Both the position numbers and the translations under genes were made by a program. DNA of 63,658 nucleotides, filler included, from Phoronis australis (lineage: Eukaryota > Animalia > Phoronida), in the NCBI GenBank assembly GCA_002633005.1. It is 6 parts of 6 records of this genome, joined end to end, with 100 filler letters (N's around TTAATTAATTAA, not from the genome) between each part and the next. Parts side by side here need not be neighbours in the genome. Positions count along the whole stretch, not along the records: positions 11,528 to 35,908 come from NMRA01000808.1; positions 36,009 to 47,655 come from NMRA01000446.1; 4 more parts are not named here. One strand, given 5' to 3'. Positions 23,758 through 37,131 of the stretch are shown in pieces. Every line of letters begins with the position of its first letter. Positions within the stretch are counted from its first letter, which is position 1. Below the pieces are notes generated by a model, which was given only the letters and a program-made list of their open reading frames with translations, searched no databases and was not told the origin of the DNA.

Positions 23758-26700
23758 GTAGGTTTTAAAAAAGCCAGGAAAATATTTTAAAATTACACTT
23801 CCAGCTACTTTTTTAAAGTTTTCGCCACAGCTTTGTTAATGAACATCATAAAAAGGTATCCTTAATTTTTTGGCTTTTTTTGAAAACTACTTTATAAAAA
23901 CAGATTTATGTGCAGCCAAAACTAAGTTGCACTATTTAACAGAATATGTACAGAATGGGAGTTATGTCTTGAACTATTTTCTAGTGACTAAGTGTTCAGA
24001 TGGAATATGTTGTTTTTTTGTCACTACGTATTTGTGCCAGGTTCTGAACAAGTGTCTCCACTATTAAACAGTCTGGTTGACAGGATATTTGGTGTGTTAT
24101 TCTAGAAGTCATCTAGTACTCATTGGTCTCTCAAGTTTTTTAATACATCTGGCACTGTTTGTATTATTTCCAGGCCACTTCACTGTTTCCCACCTCTTCA
24201 ACACACATATAAAGTGTAATCATGCTTTGTCAAGTTTTTTTAGCAAAATGAGAAAAATCTCACTTTTAGCACAGTATGTACTGTTTACCATAACTTATAA
24301 AACAAGACTTGGTTATATTCAGATCATTCCAAGCAGTGCCCTTGAAAAATGAAATGAAAAAACTCTGAGGTACAGCTCTTTGAGAGTGTGAATGAAAACT
24401 ACTTTGTTAGTGATAATGGTCATTGCGATGTGAAATTTATTAAGAAACAGATGTTTATATGATGATGGTCATTCCAGAAACTTAAAAACCAAAAACATGA
24501 TCAATCAACGAAAGAATAGCTGTCATAAAATGTCAAGTAACTCAAAGCGATGGCGAGAAACAGATTTAAAACATTTCTTGTAGCTTTTGAGGCGATTATT
24601 CAAATACCAAGTTTCAGAAAGATAGGTCACAAGATGCCTGAGCTATAGGTATATGACTGCGCGAGTGCCACCTTATATCTGATTTAAACCAAATAGAATT
24701 ATAGAATACACTTTGAGCTAATGGCGAATCATGTTGTTCATATGAGCAATATGGACTGTAGCATGTGAAAAATATAGCAAACAAACCTATTTGTTACAGT
24801 AACATACTTGCCAGTCTATTGTGTTTGTGTTTGTGAAGTTTCATGTCAGGTTTGCAGATTCTTGTATGGGAATTTTAAAATGAGACTCTCCTTGAGGTCT
24901 GTGAGGAAATCAGGGAAATTAGCAACATTCCTGAAAAAGAATCCTAGTCGTTGAGATTGGGCCACTCAACCAGATTGCATGCCTTGAAATCTGTTGCATT
25001 GATCAAAGACAACATGCTATTGTAGTTAATTACATCGCCTTAGGCTTCTGATGTTATTGTTCTCTAGATAATCAGAACCATCATAAACACACTGGTTCCG
25101 ACAATAGTATAATTTTTGTTTTTGAAATTTTTTAAATAGCTTATTTGAATATTTTATGAAAAATACAGTTGTGTGATTGGTTTTTGAATTTTGAAAATCG
25201 GACAAGAAGTGTGACTTTTACAACCTCAAACTTTTGTATAACTTGCCATCTGCTGGGTGTGCAACACAATTGGGCCAATTACCAAACCACCAGGCTGCTA
25301 AGTGTCATGTACACAATTGGCAGTGATTATATTTAAAACCAATGAGGTTACTCAATTCTCAACTTGTTCATGTTAGAGACAAAAAGCAACTGGTGTATAG
25401 TTGAGTTGTGTGAAGACAGTGATGAATTCTTCTAAATTGACATCTACCGACCACGTGGTAAATGTACCACTATTTTGACATTTTTCTTATTGTTACAGAC
25501 AAATTTCCGTTTGCTTTGATTAACACCATCAGAAGTTTGCTGTCAGTTTACTGTAATTTTATGAACAGATTTCTCCTGCTGTACCTGTGATAGTGTCATA
25601 TGTACTGTTTTATGGATTTAAGATAGCGGCTATTGTTATCTCAATCAATGGGGAACTAATGTTGTGTCTGGCTTAATTATCTTGTTAACCTTTGCAGTTC
25701 TCAACTCAACTGTTGAGTGCAGCAATCATTTGCAGGAAAAGATTGTTTTTGGAAATGAAGCTAGTCTCTCAATTGTAATTGAGGACTTGTTTTGTGACAA
25801 AATGTTCATAAAAATATTTAAAACTCAAGCCTCGCTTAAGCACTCTCATAGAAAGACCATTAGGAGTGGTGTTGATTCACCCAATGAGCTATACCAGGTA
25901 TTCACCAGATTTCACTGATGTAACTGGAGGATGTTGGCGCTCACTTTTACTTTATAATTCATTTTTATGCACCAATCACCATGTTGGTTCAAACTAATAT
26001 GAAGTATTGCCTTAAACATCATTTGAGTAATGGTTTCAGTTTTCAGTATTTGCTCCTGTTCGTCTGGCTTCTTATGTTGAGTATGTTGTCTCTGTCTGAT
26101 GGGGAGTTCTATTAAATAACAGTTTGCATATGGTGTTCAAAGTTATTTCCAATTATAGAGCTGGGAGAAATTTAAACATCTCAGTTTTTAGGAAGTTTCA
26201 GAGTAACTTCACACCATGTATTAATTTATTCAGGGTTTCAATTGTTGCTGAGTGAAACAGGTTTAGCTCTATAGTGGATGAAGGAAAAATCAGAGGTAGC
26301 CAATTGTAAAATTATATGATGTCCAAATAGAAGCATTCAAGGGTGACTTTGTCTACTGTGTTATTGTTAGATTAGTTTTGCTGTGGTGTTCAGTGAAATG
26401 TGGTTGGACAACATGGTACATGTGTATAGGTGTGCTGTGAACTTGTGCAAGTGACTCCAGTCTATTGAGTGTTGGACTCAACAAATCACTCAACTGAACT
26501 GTGGGTGATTGTTTTGTGTTTATATACACCAAGACCTGATTGTACTTGGACTGAATGGAGGTAGGAGGGAGGGGAGGGGGTGTTCCTGAAGAGAGTTTGG
26601 TGGGGGTGTGCTGTCTGGTGGTTTATTTTCCCTTTCATATATTGTCTCAGGAAGGTAATTATACTGTTTTGGAAGATCTTCTTGGGTAGATATCAGATTT

Positions 26701-29694
26701 ATTTCATGGTTGGGTAAGAATTTTTTTCTAGGTGGGGGGGCACTTTTTCCCCAAAAATGTTTTTCAAAAGTGAATCGCTTGTCACAGTAAATGTTTGTGT
26801 CCATCCTGTAGTGAATGCTATCACCATTACAGTGACTTGGAACAAAGTCCCAGATAAGATGAGTCATTGTTAGAACTCACAAACCGACTATTATTGTATG
26901 GAGGAAGTACAGCTCAGCTATTCACTTGTATATTGACAATTGCGATGCAAATTTCAGTGAAATCATCTATTTTAGTCACTAGTTACTAAAGAGAAGGCTG
27001 TCTGTCTAGTGTTACTCTATACCAAAACCTAAATCTATAACTTACTAAAGTTGTCAAAAGAACTAAACCACCATGTCACAAGATTCTCCTATGGGGAGTT
27101 TGGGTTTAGAAATTGTCATAAAAATACGCGACTTTTTTCAAAATGAGGTTTTCAAGTTTCTTTCAAATGTTTGTTTTACATTGATCTGCATGAGTGTGCT
27201 GCAGGTTCAATTGGTCATCAATATGGGGTAGCTTTATTGCTACTTCAGATAAGTGAACTCTGCCAGAGTGACTTTCAAGGAAGTCTCTTGCCAAACGGTA
27301 CAATTTCATGTTTTCAACTTTCAAATTGGGCGTGTGTCCTAATTTCTCAACTTCACACTGTTGTCAAAATTGAATACATTCTCAGCTTTTTCTGAAGACC
27401 CTTTCAGACCAGCGGCAGAGCAAGAGGAATATCGATGTAAATTACAAATTCTGTTAACCTTTCAGACTAACCATTTTTATTTACGGACACTGAAATTAAT
27501 GATCATTGTTGATGCTCTGCTATCACTAGATAGCGGTAGAAAAACAATGTGCATGTATTAGTAATAATCATTTATATATTGTATATGTTTGGATAAGTAA
27601 AGTGCTTGGTACAATGGTGAATACTTGATAACTACTGTCAAAACTAAGTAACTTGACACTGAGACATGCCAATTACTCCAGTTCCACCAAAATCATCCTT
27701 TCACATATTGAAGTGTCCATACTCTGCTGTTAAATCTTCCTGCTAACTGAAAAGTTAACTGGTGATTTTATCTTCCATCCTAGACCACTGACCATTAACC
27801 AAAATGCCAGTTGGTGAAGGTTACTTAGAGCTAATTGATTTCTAGAAGTGTTCTCTTCAATTTGTTTGAATTTATTAGACTCTACTTAATTTTTCTTTGG
27901 CCTGTGATCCTGTCTTGGAACACTGCACTCTCTCATGAGCTTGTTCTCTCTTGTGAACCTGTCACCACTCCATTGTGTTCACTCTGTTTGTGTTCAAATC
28001 CTCTGAGCACACACATCAGGTGTGTTAACATTAAGTTATGTAAGTGACTGATTTGTCTGTGAATGAGCTCCTGGTTATAATAACATTGGGGTGCACTCCT
28101 TTTGGTCAAGATCAAAGGTTATCAAGACTCTGTATTCAGCCAAATATTTACAAAACTATAAAATTTAACTCTGTAAAAGTGTAAATTTTCTCAAAGTAGA
28201 AGGGCAGTATGGAATTGAATTTGTGCCCCTGTACCATATTTGTCATGTGACCATGTCTGTAAAATTTAGAGAAAAAGAAAGATACTAGTACATTCATATC
28301 AAACCAAAGGCTTCAAGAACGTGACCAAATTTCATTTGTTAGAAATTTTCAAATCTCAATTACTGACTTACAGTTTTCTAAATTATCATTCTGTTTTCAT
28401 TTTCAGCAACTTTTGGCACTTATCTGAAAGTTTGATTTGAGTCTATCAGCCTCTCCTGAGATATGGGCCTAATGTTTGGAATGTAGCCAAAGTGGGTCAT
28501 TTTTCTCAGGTCCTAAATTACCTTAACCTCATTCTGTCATTGAATTTTGTTTAAAGTATCTTCTCTCATACATGCCTGTTACTGGGCTGGAGCTCCTGTT
28601 CCTTGCCAACTCACAAATCTCAGATTTTGATTCAGTTGCCTGTCTGATATTTTCACCCAATCATTTTGATTTTACATAGACACATAGAGTGTCTGTAGGT
28701 CCAGTTTTGCCTGTGCACTGGCCATTGATTTTGCTGGTGTCATTACTTGAGTTCTTGCCTCTTGTCTCAAGAGGTACAAGTATTTTAAAATTCTTAAACT
28801 GTGCTCAAGTGGATGACAGAAATGTCAGGTCTCTGTAAAGATGTAAAAAATTGCATGCTTGTTTGTATCTTCAGCTGTGTCCTGACCAGCACATTCTCTA
28901 GTACAAGTTCTAGGAACAACTGGCCCTTCATTGTCGACACAACAGATCTTTTACTTGTTAATGTCATTGATTAGGAGAAACTTGTTTGGCAATTGTCTAT
29001 TTGAAGTTAACTGCACAAGTGCAGCCTTAAGTCCCTGTCCCATTAGAGGCGAAACTTTACTTTTTCCGAAGTTTCAATAAGTGGGAAAGGTTAACTCCCC
29101 TAATTAAACTGCAAGAGAAACTTCGCTTAAAATAGTAGGATTTACAAGCGAAGCTTTGGTACTCACCGAAACTTTGGTGTAGCGGGAACAGTCAAAGCAA
29201 AGCTTGGTCAAAGTTATTGGTAGAGATCTCGGCAATGGTATACGATCACCCGAGAGACTTGCGTTCTTTGTTATTGTAGTGTAGCTGATTTGCTCTCAAC
29301 AGAGCACGTAAAAAATAAATAAAAGAAAGCATATCTGATGAAGAAGGACACTGATCATTTTCATAAACACTTGTAAATGGCAGGAGAACAATTTTCAGTT
29401 AGCCTCGAACCCTTTACTCAATATTGGCTTGAGAATACGAATGAACTGCGCCGTGTCTGTTGTCATAGCGATAACGATTACAGGGGGGTGGGGGAGAAGG
29501 TAAGGGGTTTTGGCGAAGCTTTGGTAAAGTGAAGTTGCCGTAAGGGGATAGTGACCTTTGTGTACTATGCAAGCCATAGTGCTGGGACAAGTTGATTGGC
29601 TACAAGTCTTGTAAAAGTGAAGGGTTGTAAATTGTCATTCCAGTCATGAGTTGCACGTTTTTCAGCTGTGTGGTCACTTGGGCTTAATGGTCTT

Positions 29695-32061
29695 CAGGGC
29701 TCGACGCTATTAAAATCGCCAGGTCGCATTTTGCGACCTAGCCAAAATCCCAGGTCGCATTTTCAAAATCCAGCTCGCATTCGTAAATGCCAGGTCGCAA
29801 AATTTTCCCGCCATTTTTACACGCCAAATTAGATTTTTTAGATCACCGAGAAAATGTTTAGATTATGTTCTTACCTGCAGCGTTAAATACTCACAAATTT
29901 CTGATCTCAAAATTGACTTCATTCATGCTGGTACGGCCTTACTATTCTTCACGACTGCCATTGAAAGACTCTAGAGCGCAAGGCAAGTTGCCGACGTGAA
30001 AGTTGAATCGCAGCTCTCTAACTGACTTGTGCATTTGAGTAGCTAAATTTGCCATGTGAATAGGGAGAAAATACCCGTTGAAAAAGTATGCGGGATTTTG
30101 CTAGATCTGGCCTGCTACTGACTGTCATCAAAGTCGTTAACGATTCAAACTAACTCGGTGTAGCCCAAATTTTACAATTTAACTCGACGTTTGAAAAAAA
30201 ATCCGTGAAACGATGCCCTAACCAAATGACTTATTTGTATGCGCGGAAACAATTCAGAGCAAATTTCACAACAAAAATGTGGTGCTTATGCTGTTTACGT
30301 ACTCAACAATTCATTTTCCATGAAATGAATAGCCTCGAAATAATTCCCGACTCCTCCGTGCGAGTTTCCATCGGGTAATGGCGAGTTTGCTCCTCAATAC
30401 CTTCCAAGTACGGGAAAAATAGGTCAGTCACAAAACGACACGCATGTCACTAGTGTGAACTTTCTTTCCGAGGTATAAAACAACTTAAAGCCGGGATTTG
30501 GTTTTTACATATTGTGAAAAGACGTTTTTGAAAACTGAAGTTGTGTAAAATGAAAGTGACACACCATATAAGCTGCGTGTCAATTTTAAACCACACGCGG
30601 TCGTTTGTAGTACGCTATGATGGGCGCTAGCTTGAACTGTGGGTGCTTAATTGGAAATTCTCAAAATTTAAGGGGGGACTTTTAATAGATCAGTGAGCGC
30701 TTATTATGAAACACTTTAAAGGTAGGGAGTAGGCTTGTGCGTGAGCATATGTCGTTAACCTAAGTGTTTGCGGTAATAAGATATTAAAACGCTGCAATGG
30801 TAAGAAACGTTATAATAATATGATTTGCAGGCAAACTCCATCTAGTAGGGGTGACTTTCTGGATATCGTTATCACCTACACTGTACCCTTTTTAGCCACC
30901 CGGAATGATTTTGTTTTTAACTGCCTGCTTCAGCTGGAACAAGGTTGTTTCTATAGGAGTCTGAACATTTTACGGCGACGGTGGTTCGGGGAGCGAAAAG
31001 TTGCCGGGGAGTGGTGTATAAAGAGAAGAATGAAAAGTTCGCTAACCACAATTTCGCATGTAGTGCCAGTTTAGTTGCAATAGCTGGCTACGGGCATAGA
31101 ATACAGGGTTTACAGAACATCGACCTCGGGAAACAACGGAACAGGAAAACGTCAGTTCTGGGTTATATCGGTCCCGGGACATCCGGTCTTTTATAACCGC
31201 TGGAAATCTGAGTTCATTTTCAAATAAACCAGAGCCAAGCCGGTATTCTCTTTCATTTAGGACTGTCGCTGTTCTTTGAAGTGGTGCGCACGCGTGACTT
31301 CACGAACTTGAATCGCTGGAGTAGGCCTACACTTTACGTTGGCAACAACGTGTGAAAGACAAATCGTATTTCGCGCATGTAGCCCAGAAACAAGTAAAGG
31401 GTTTGAGAATTTCTTGGCAACTGAAAGTAAAGACATGACCGTCGTTTGGCGATTAATAAGGTTGTCATTTTCAGTTTGGATGTCTTATACGATAAAAAGA
31501 AGAAGCACATCTCAGTCTAAGTCACGATTGTCTGCCGGGACCACTTGCGCGCTAACGGTGCTGCAGTGCGATATCAGGGATATTGTCGTGGATATTTGGT
31601 ACATGTAATAAGGACATCTTATGTGAAAAATAGACATTTTTGTCCACCACAAAGTTTGGTAAGTTGATCGCTTAGTAGAAACACCGTTGTTTTGTGAAGT
31701 TTTATCACGTGTTAAGCGGTGGCCCGAAACTTTCTTCGGCGAATCTGGAAATTTACAAAAGTGGCCGAAAGTGTTAGCCAATGAAACGCGTCAAAGATCG
31801 ATTCTGCATATCCCATGTTCACGCGACTTGCTTACAAGTCATTGGGAGGGCTGTTCTCGGTTAGCGTTCTTTTGAACTTGGATTTGGCAACAACCAAATA
31901 ACGGTCAGATTCTAGTAACAAGAGCTGCTTTGTATTTGCCAGGTATCTGTTGAGAAGTGTAAAAACTCAGCTCACATTCGTTGGAAATTCCAGGTCGCAT
32001 TTTGCGACTTGATACGAGGTGGCAAAAATCTCAGCTCGCATTTCCATTATGTCGAGCCCTG
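29695..32061. mobile_element. 2367-bp non-autonomous hAT-like DNA transposon
   Basis: TIR cagggctcgac / gtcgagccctg. Subterminal ccaggtcgca / cagctcgca repeats at both ends. Direct gtctt on both flanks. CpG-rich, no long ORF. Confidence 0.85.
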
Positions 32062-32584
32062 GTCTTATTCTTGTGATGAGTTGCACTGAGAAAACTGGCC
32101 ATTTGGACCCAGTTCCTAGGGAGAGAGTGTGTGTGTGTGTAGTGTACCGTATGTGTGGTTTGTTTGTTGCTTCCCACATCTGGTCATGAGTCATTATACT
32201 TGTGTTCAGGTTGTTTATTTTATCCTGTACCTGATGATGACCAGTTTATACCATGTGCAGTTGAGAGAGAGGTTGACATCACAGTTGTATCTATTCAATT
32301 TGTTACTTGTATTTAGGGGTTTACCATCATTGTATCCATCGTGGAAGTGCTGAAACACTTTGCATCCATGTATGTGCAGATTTGGAGTGTTCAAGAGGGG
32401 TGAATAGTCCTATAAACCATATGTGCGTCCAAGAAAAGTCTTCAGAAATAGTTCTGTACCAACAATGTGCGCACAATCGACAGTGTACCCACCCTTACGA
32501 TTTTTAACAAGTATTTTACGGTCTTGCCTGTCATTGAATTCCATTCAAGTGTGTGAAGTAAGCAGGCTCAGCCTGTGTGTGTAC

Positions 32585-32799
32585 CATCATGTTTACTAAA
32601 CATCATGTTTACTAAACATCATGTTTACTAAACATCATGTTTACTAAACATCATGTTTACTAAACATCATGTTTACTAAACATCATGTTTACTAAACATC
32701 ACGTTTACTAAACATCACGTTTACTAAACATCACGTTTACTAAACATCACGTTTACTAAACATCATGTTTACTAAACATCATGTTTACTAAACATCATG
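32585..32799. repeat. 16-bp minisatellite, 13 full copies
   Basis: catcaYgtttactaaa; nine T-type units and four adjacent C-type units. Confidence 0.97.
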
Positions 32800-34392
32800 G
32801 CATTCAAATATGACTCTGCATATGACTTTTAAGGAACATTATGGGCAAGAAGGGTGATTCTTTGAGATCTGTCTCAGCGTAGATTCAAGTCTCAAACTGT
32901 GCAGTGGCAGTCTAACGGTGACATTGTATGCAACTCCAACAACTCTGTCCCTTAACAACAATCACAAAATGTGTTTTTGGGCAGTAAAACTGATAATTTC
33001 CATTTAAACTGCACAGGTGAAATCACCACAGGCAGACCATGGTTTTGCTCAGAGATGTGGTTCATTGAGTCTTACTGCTGATGATAGCTGTCTGTGAACA
33101 GTCTGATGTTATATAACTGGTTCCCATCCTCACAACTTCCTTGATTAAATTTTGCCTGCCTGGGAATTAATAAACAACACATTAAAGCTAATGGATGTGT
33201 TATGCCATAGTTGCACCCCGCCAGTGCCTGGGAATAAAGTGAACATTTGATGTCTACGCACTAATAAGTTGGAACCTTAACTGGGTAGACCAGTAGGTAG
33301 AGAACTTTAAATAACTTCACCACAGCCTCCACTATGAGCAGTTTAAACATTTCACACTGTAACCGACTGTTCCTGCACGCACACACGTACGCGCGCACAC
33401 ACTGGTAATTTTAGTTTTGTACCCTCGCCTCTATCTTTCCATTTTTGAATAGATTTGTGTGTCACATAGTTGCCGTTTTTAGTACTTTTGAGTCCGTTTT
33501 TGACATCCACCTTTCTATCCGTCAAACTGCTCGAAGGATCATTACGAAAATTGGCAGTAGTGTACCCTATGAAAAGACCGCAGTTGACGTTGAGTACTGT
33601 GGCGCCTCCCAGTGGCATTTTTTGTGTTCGTGGTTGTATCTCAACCCTTTAAGTTTGCCAGGTCTTGGCAATGTGGCTACATGTACGTGATGCTACGTGC
33701 TCAGTCACTGGCTATGAGTGATCCAGTAGCTCTTGTTTTTGCAAAGAGTTAGCACCCTTACAACAGCTCAAATGGCCTATTTGATGGAGCATTATTTTGG
33801 CACCATGTAAATCACCCAAAGTTTTGCTGTAGATTAAGTGGGAAGGTTCATGTAAACCTGCTCTTGTGTAAATGGAGAGAATAAAGTACCAACAATGGTT
33901 ATGATTAAATAATATATGGTTTTGTCATTAACCTGTCTCTAATTTTCAGTTTGAGACATTATTTCATTTTAAAAACCAGCCATAATTTCTGAAACTGAAA
34001 TAACAAAATTTAACTGAATTCTAAACTTCTTTGCAAGGTAGGCATACTACTAAATATATTTACAGTTTGTTGTCTTGTAGAAATTGATGTGATTAACACT
34101 ACTAGCAATATACAGCTGTAGTGATAAATCAAGCGACAGGTGCTAACTGTTATCATCCTTTACAAAAAGGACCAATACCTAGTGAATAGGAGAACATTTT
34201 CCTGTTGTAAGAGAAATTTCTGCTTTCAGAAGACACATGCACTTTTCCCCATGTTGAGTGTGGGAATTGTAAATTGTTTATTATATTAAACGAAATTGTT
34301 GTGTGTTAGCAGTAAAATATGGTAGAAAATAAATCTGAAACTAAATAAGGCGATCCAGAACCTCCCAAGGATACTATTGTTTCACAAAATGT

Positions 34393-34628
34393 AGAATATT
34401 AATAGGTAAATAAAACAACAAGAATGGATCAACTGAAATTTTCAGATGTAATAACGTCCTTTGTCAACAGAAACAGAAACAGAAACAGAAATAAAGTTAA
34501 AAATAAATTGTCATGTAGTGTTTGATTTTACTTTATTTCTGTTTCTGTTTCTGTTGACAAAGGACGTTATTACATCCAAAAATTTCAGTTGATCCATTCT
34601 TGTTGTTTCATTTACCTATTTATATTCT
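34393..34628. repeat. ~235-bp foldback palindrome (MITE-like)
   Basis: Arms of ~100 bp (agaatattaataggtaaat...aataaagt / actttatt...atttacctatttatattct) around a ~30-bp spacer. Confidence 0.9.
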
Positions 34629-35010
34629 GTAGTAAAATATGTAATGTTGTTGCATAAAACTCTGTTGGATGAATTCTTCATCTCCATTTATGAATTTCCG
34701 TCTGTAAAGTCGTCTTTATTTTCCAGACGAGCCTGGAGCGTGTGCTAGGTCTGACCCTTCAGTGTAATGCAGCCCTGGACGTGAACACTGACACAGGCGT
34801 TGTCGCCTACCCTGCTGGGTGAGTACCATCTCGCCAGTAACTTCTCCATTTTTTTCACATTTGACTGCAAGTTTGTTTCACATATTTCAAGTATTGAGTT
34901 TGTTTCACACATTTCAGATATTGAGCAACAACAGTTCCAATGTAGTACCAATGGTGTCCAAAACATTTGCTAACTTGGGATATGTGAACTGGCTGGAAAT
35001 TTGACCATGT

Positions 35011-35908
35011 TTAAAGGCGAAGGCAACCTTTTTCCATGTCATTTTGAGCTAAAATAAGGTTGGTTGGTTATCCTAGACATATTTTTCACTTAATTACAGC
35101 TTTTCGTAATTTTATTAATTATTCGTCCGCTTTTCCGGAAGTGACGTTTTAGGAGGCAAGCGCTTCCCGCCAATTTCTTTTCACATAGTCTGACTGTGAG
35201 AGCTGCCGAGTCAGTCATTGTTCTACCTCGGTTGTGTTAAGTTCCGTCGTCGTTCGCTTTCATTTACTAGTCAGTCAACATGCCACACTGTTGCTGCGTA
35301 CCGGGATGTAGTAATTATCGGCTCACGCGCGCTTTGGGAGTGCCTTTGCATCGCTTTCCGATGGATGACACACTTCGCCGTACTTGGCTCGTTCGTGTGA
35401 AGAACGCAGCGTTACCCGTCCACGCAACGTACAAAGCAGTGGAGAATTACCGTGTGTGTGGCAAGCACTTTCTGCCGTCCGATTACGAAAGGGATTTGTA
35501 CGCTGAACTGATGAAGGTCCCCGCGAAACAACGCTTGAAGAAGGATGCCATTCCGTCTGTGTTGATTCCCGGCAGTGCCCCGTCGCCACCCCCGAGAAGT
35601 GCGTTTTTGAAGCGAGAAGCCTCGCGAGCTGTGGCCAGTACAGTGACTGGAGCCAGTGGAGGCACTTCATCTACTGTCACCCGTGCCTCCGAACGTACCC
35701 CAGAGCGTGCAATTCCTGGAACCAGTAGTGATTCGCCCTGTGCTGTTTTCTCCAGCCCAGAGCCTCTAAGCAGCCCTGCAGCGATATTGAGTAGTGGGAG
35801 TGATTACAGGCCCAGTTCGACACCCAGTGAAGAGGACAGTTCGTCGTCCAGTGAACAGATCGGTGAGCCAAACTTTGATAAGTTTATTGTGGACTTGTCT
35901 AAAGTGTT
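35011..35908 (+). mobile_element. Kolobok-type DNA transposon, 5' part of a possibly autonomous copy
   Basis: TTAA target plus AGGCGAAGGCAACC terminus, followed by a THAP ORF. The same end occurs at three other loci. Cut by a spacer. Confidence 0.85.
35280..35908 (+). CDS. THAP-domain transposase N-terminus (Kolobok-like), 3' truncated
   Basis: C2CH THAP: CCVPGC..LHRFP..R.TW..VCGKHF..LKKDAIPSV. Then a Ser/Pro-rich linker and KFIV, which resembles the start of the next conserved block in such transposases. Open to the gap. Confidence 0.88.
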
Positions 35909-36008
35909 NNNNNNNNNNNNNNNNNNNNNNNNNNNNNNNNNNNNNNNNNNNNTTAATTAATTAANNNNNNNNNNNNNNNNNNNNNNNNNNNNNNNNNNNN
36001 NNNNNNNN
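35909..36008. other. Artificial contig spacer
   Basis: N44-TTAATTAATTAA-N44. Confidence 0.97.
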
Positions 36009-36979
36009 GGAAATTAGCAGTAATAAGGCTTAGCGCGACGACGTATTTTGATAAAAATTCCATCTTTTACCAGTTGTTTACATGCAGACAGCCACGCATG
36101 CGCAATTTAATCACCACTAGTACAGCAGCGACACCGCGAGGAGAATTCTCCGAATAGCCCCATTAACGACATCGTTCCCGATCGCCGTCTCACACAAGGA
36201 CCTGCTTGTATTGTATCTCAAATTGTTTCACAAATCATAACTAACAAAGGTGTAACCAGGGACGATTAAGCTATAAACATCACGCGTCTCTTCTTAAGGA
36301 CCCTGGAATTGCTAATAACAAGTAGAAATTGTCGATTTTACGAGGCGCAAGGCATTTTACCGAAAGCCATTGCTTTATGAGCTCTTTATTTTAAAAAATA
36401 AGCAAAAGCCAAGTATTATTTCAGATCCACAACAAAGGTAACACTCTGACGCTTTTCTGTGTGTAGCATTCGTACCAAAGTGACCTCTATTTAAGCAGAA
36501 AATGACACTTAAACTCACCGGGTATGTCACTGCCGTCTGCCATTTTTGGTGCAAGGTCTCGTTCTCGATCGCCTTCGGGGCGTTCTCGATCGCGGGTTGG
36601 CCGGGATGAAATATCTGACAGCGGTGTTTTGTTGTTTTTTTAGAGTTGAATTAGAAATTGCGAGTGTCACAAAAGCATAAAACGTCCCGTTTTTTTCTTT
36701 TTAGTCGAGCGGGAAAATATAGCAATGTGGGAGATAATAATAGTAATATGTCAATTTAGCCGTGTGTCAAAAAGCGGTGATATTTGGATGATGTGCCGGC
36801 TGCCGGAAAAAAATCAAAACAGTGGGACAGTTCGCCAAGAGCAATTGGCAAATACACTGTATGCTGTCAGCAACACGAAGTACTTGATTGGGTTCTCTTA
36901 CAAGGTAAACTTTTCGCGTTTTAAAATTTTATTTCATGTCCATAGGTAAATACTGCAGATTAACAAGAAAACGGTACCT

Positions 36980-37035
36980 GGACAACAGGTAAACATTTCA
37001 CACATGAATTATTCTAGAAACAATTGAAAACAGTT

Positions 37036-37131
<96 letters not shown>

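Noticed and set aside
33602-33615. CTCF-like site gcgcctcccagtgg (also ~14557)
   Set aside because: Imperfect single matches are expected by chance in 64 kb.
36519-36543. Minus-strand first exon MADGSDIP|gtgag, possibly a Kolobok second ORF
   Set aside because: Only 8 codons, separated from the transposase by a spacer, and with no homology evidence.
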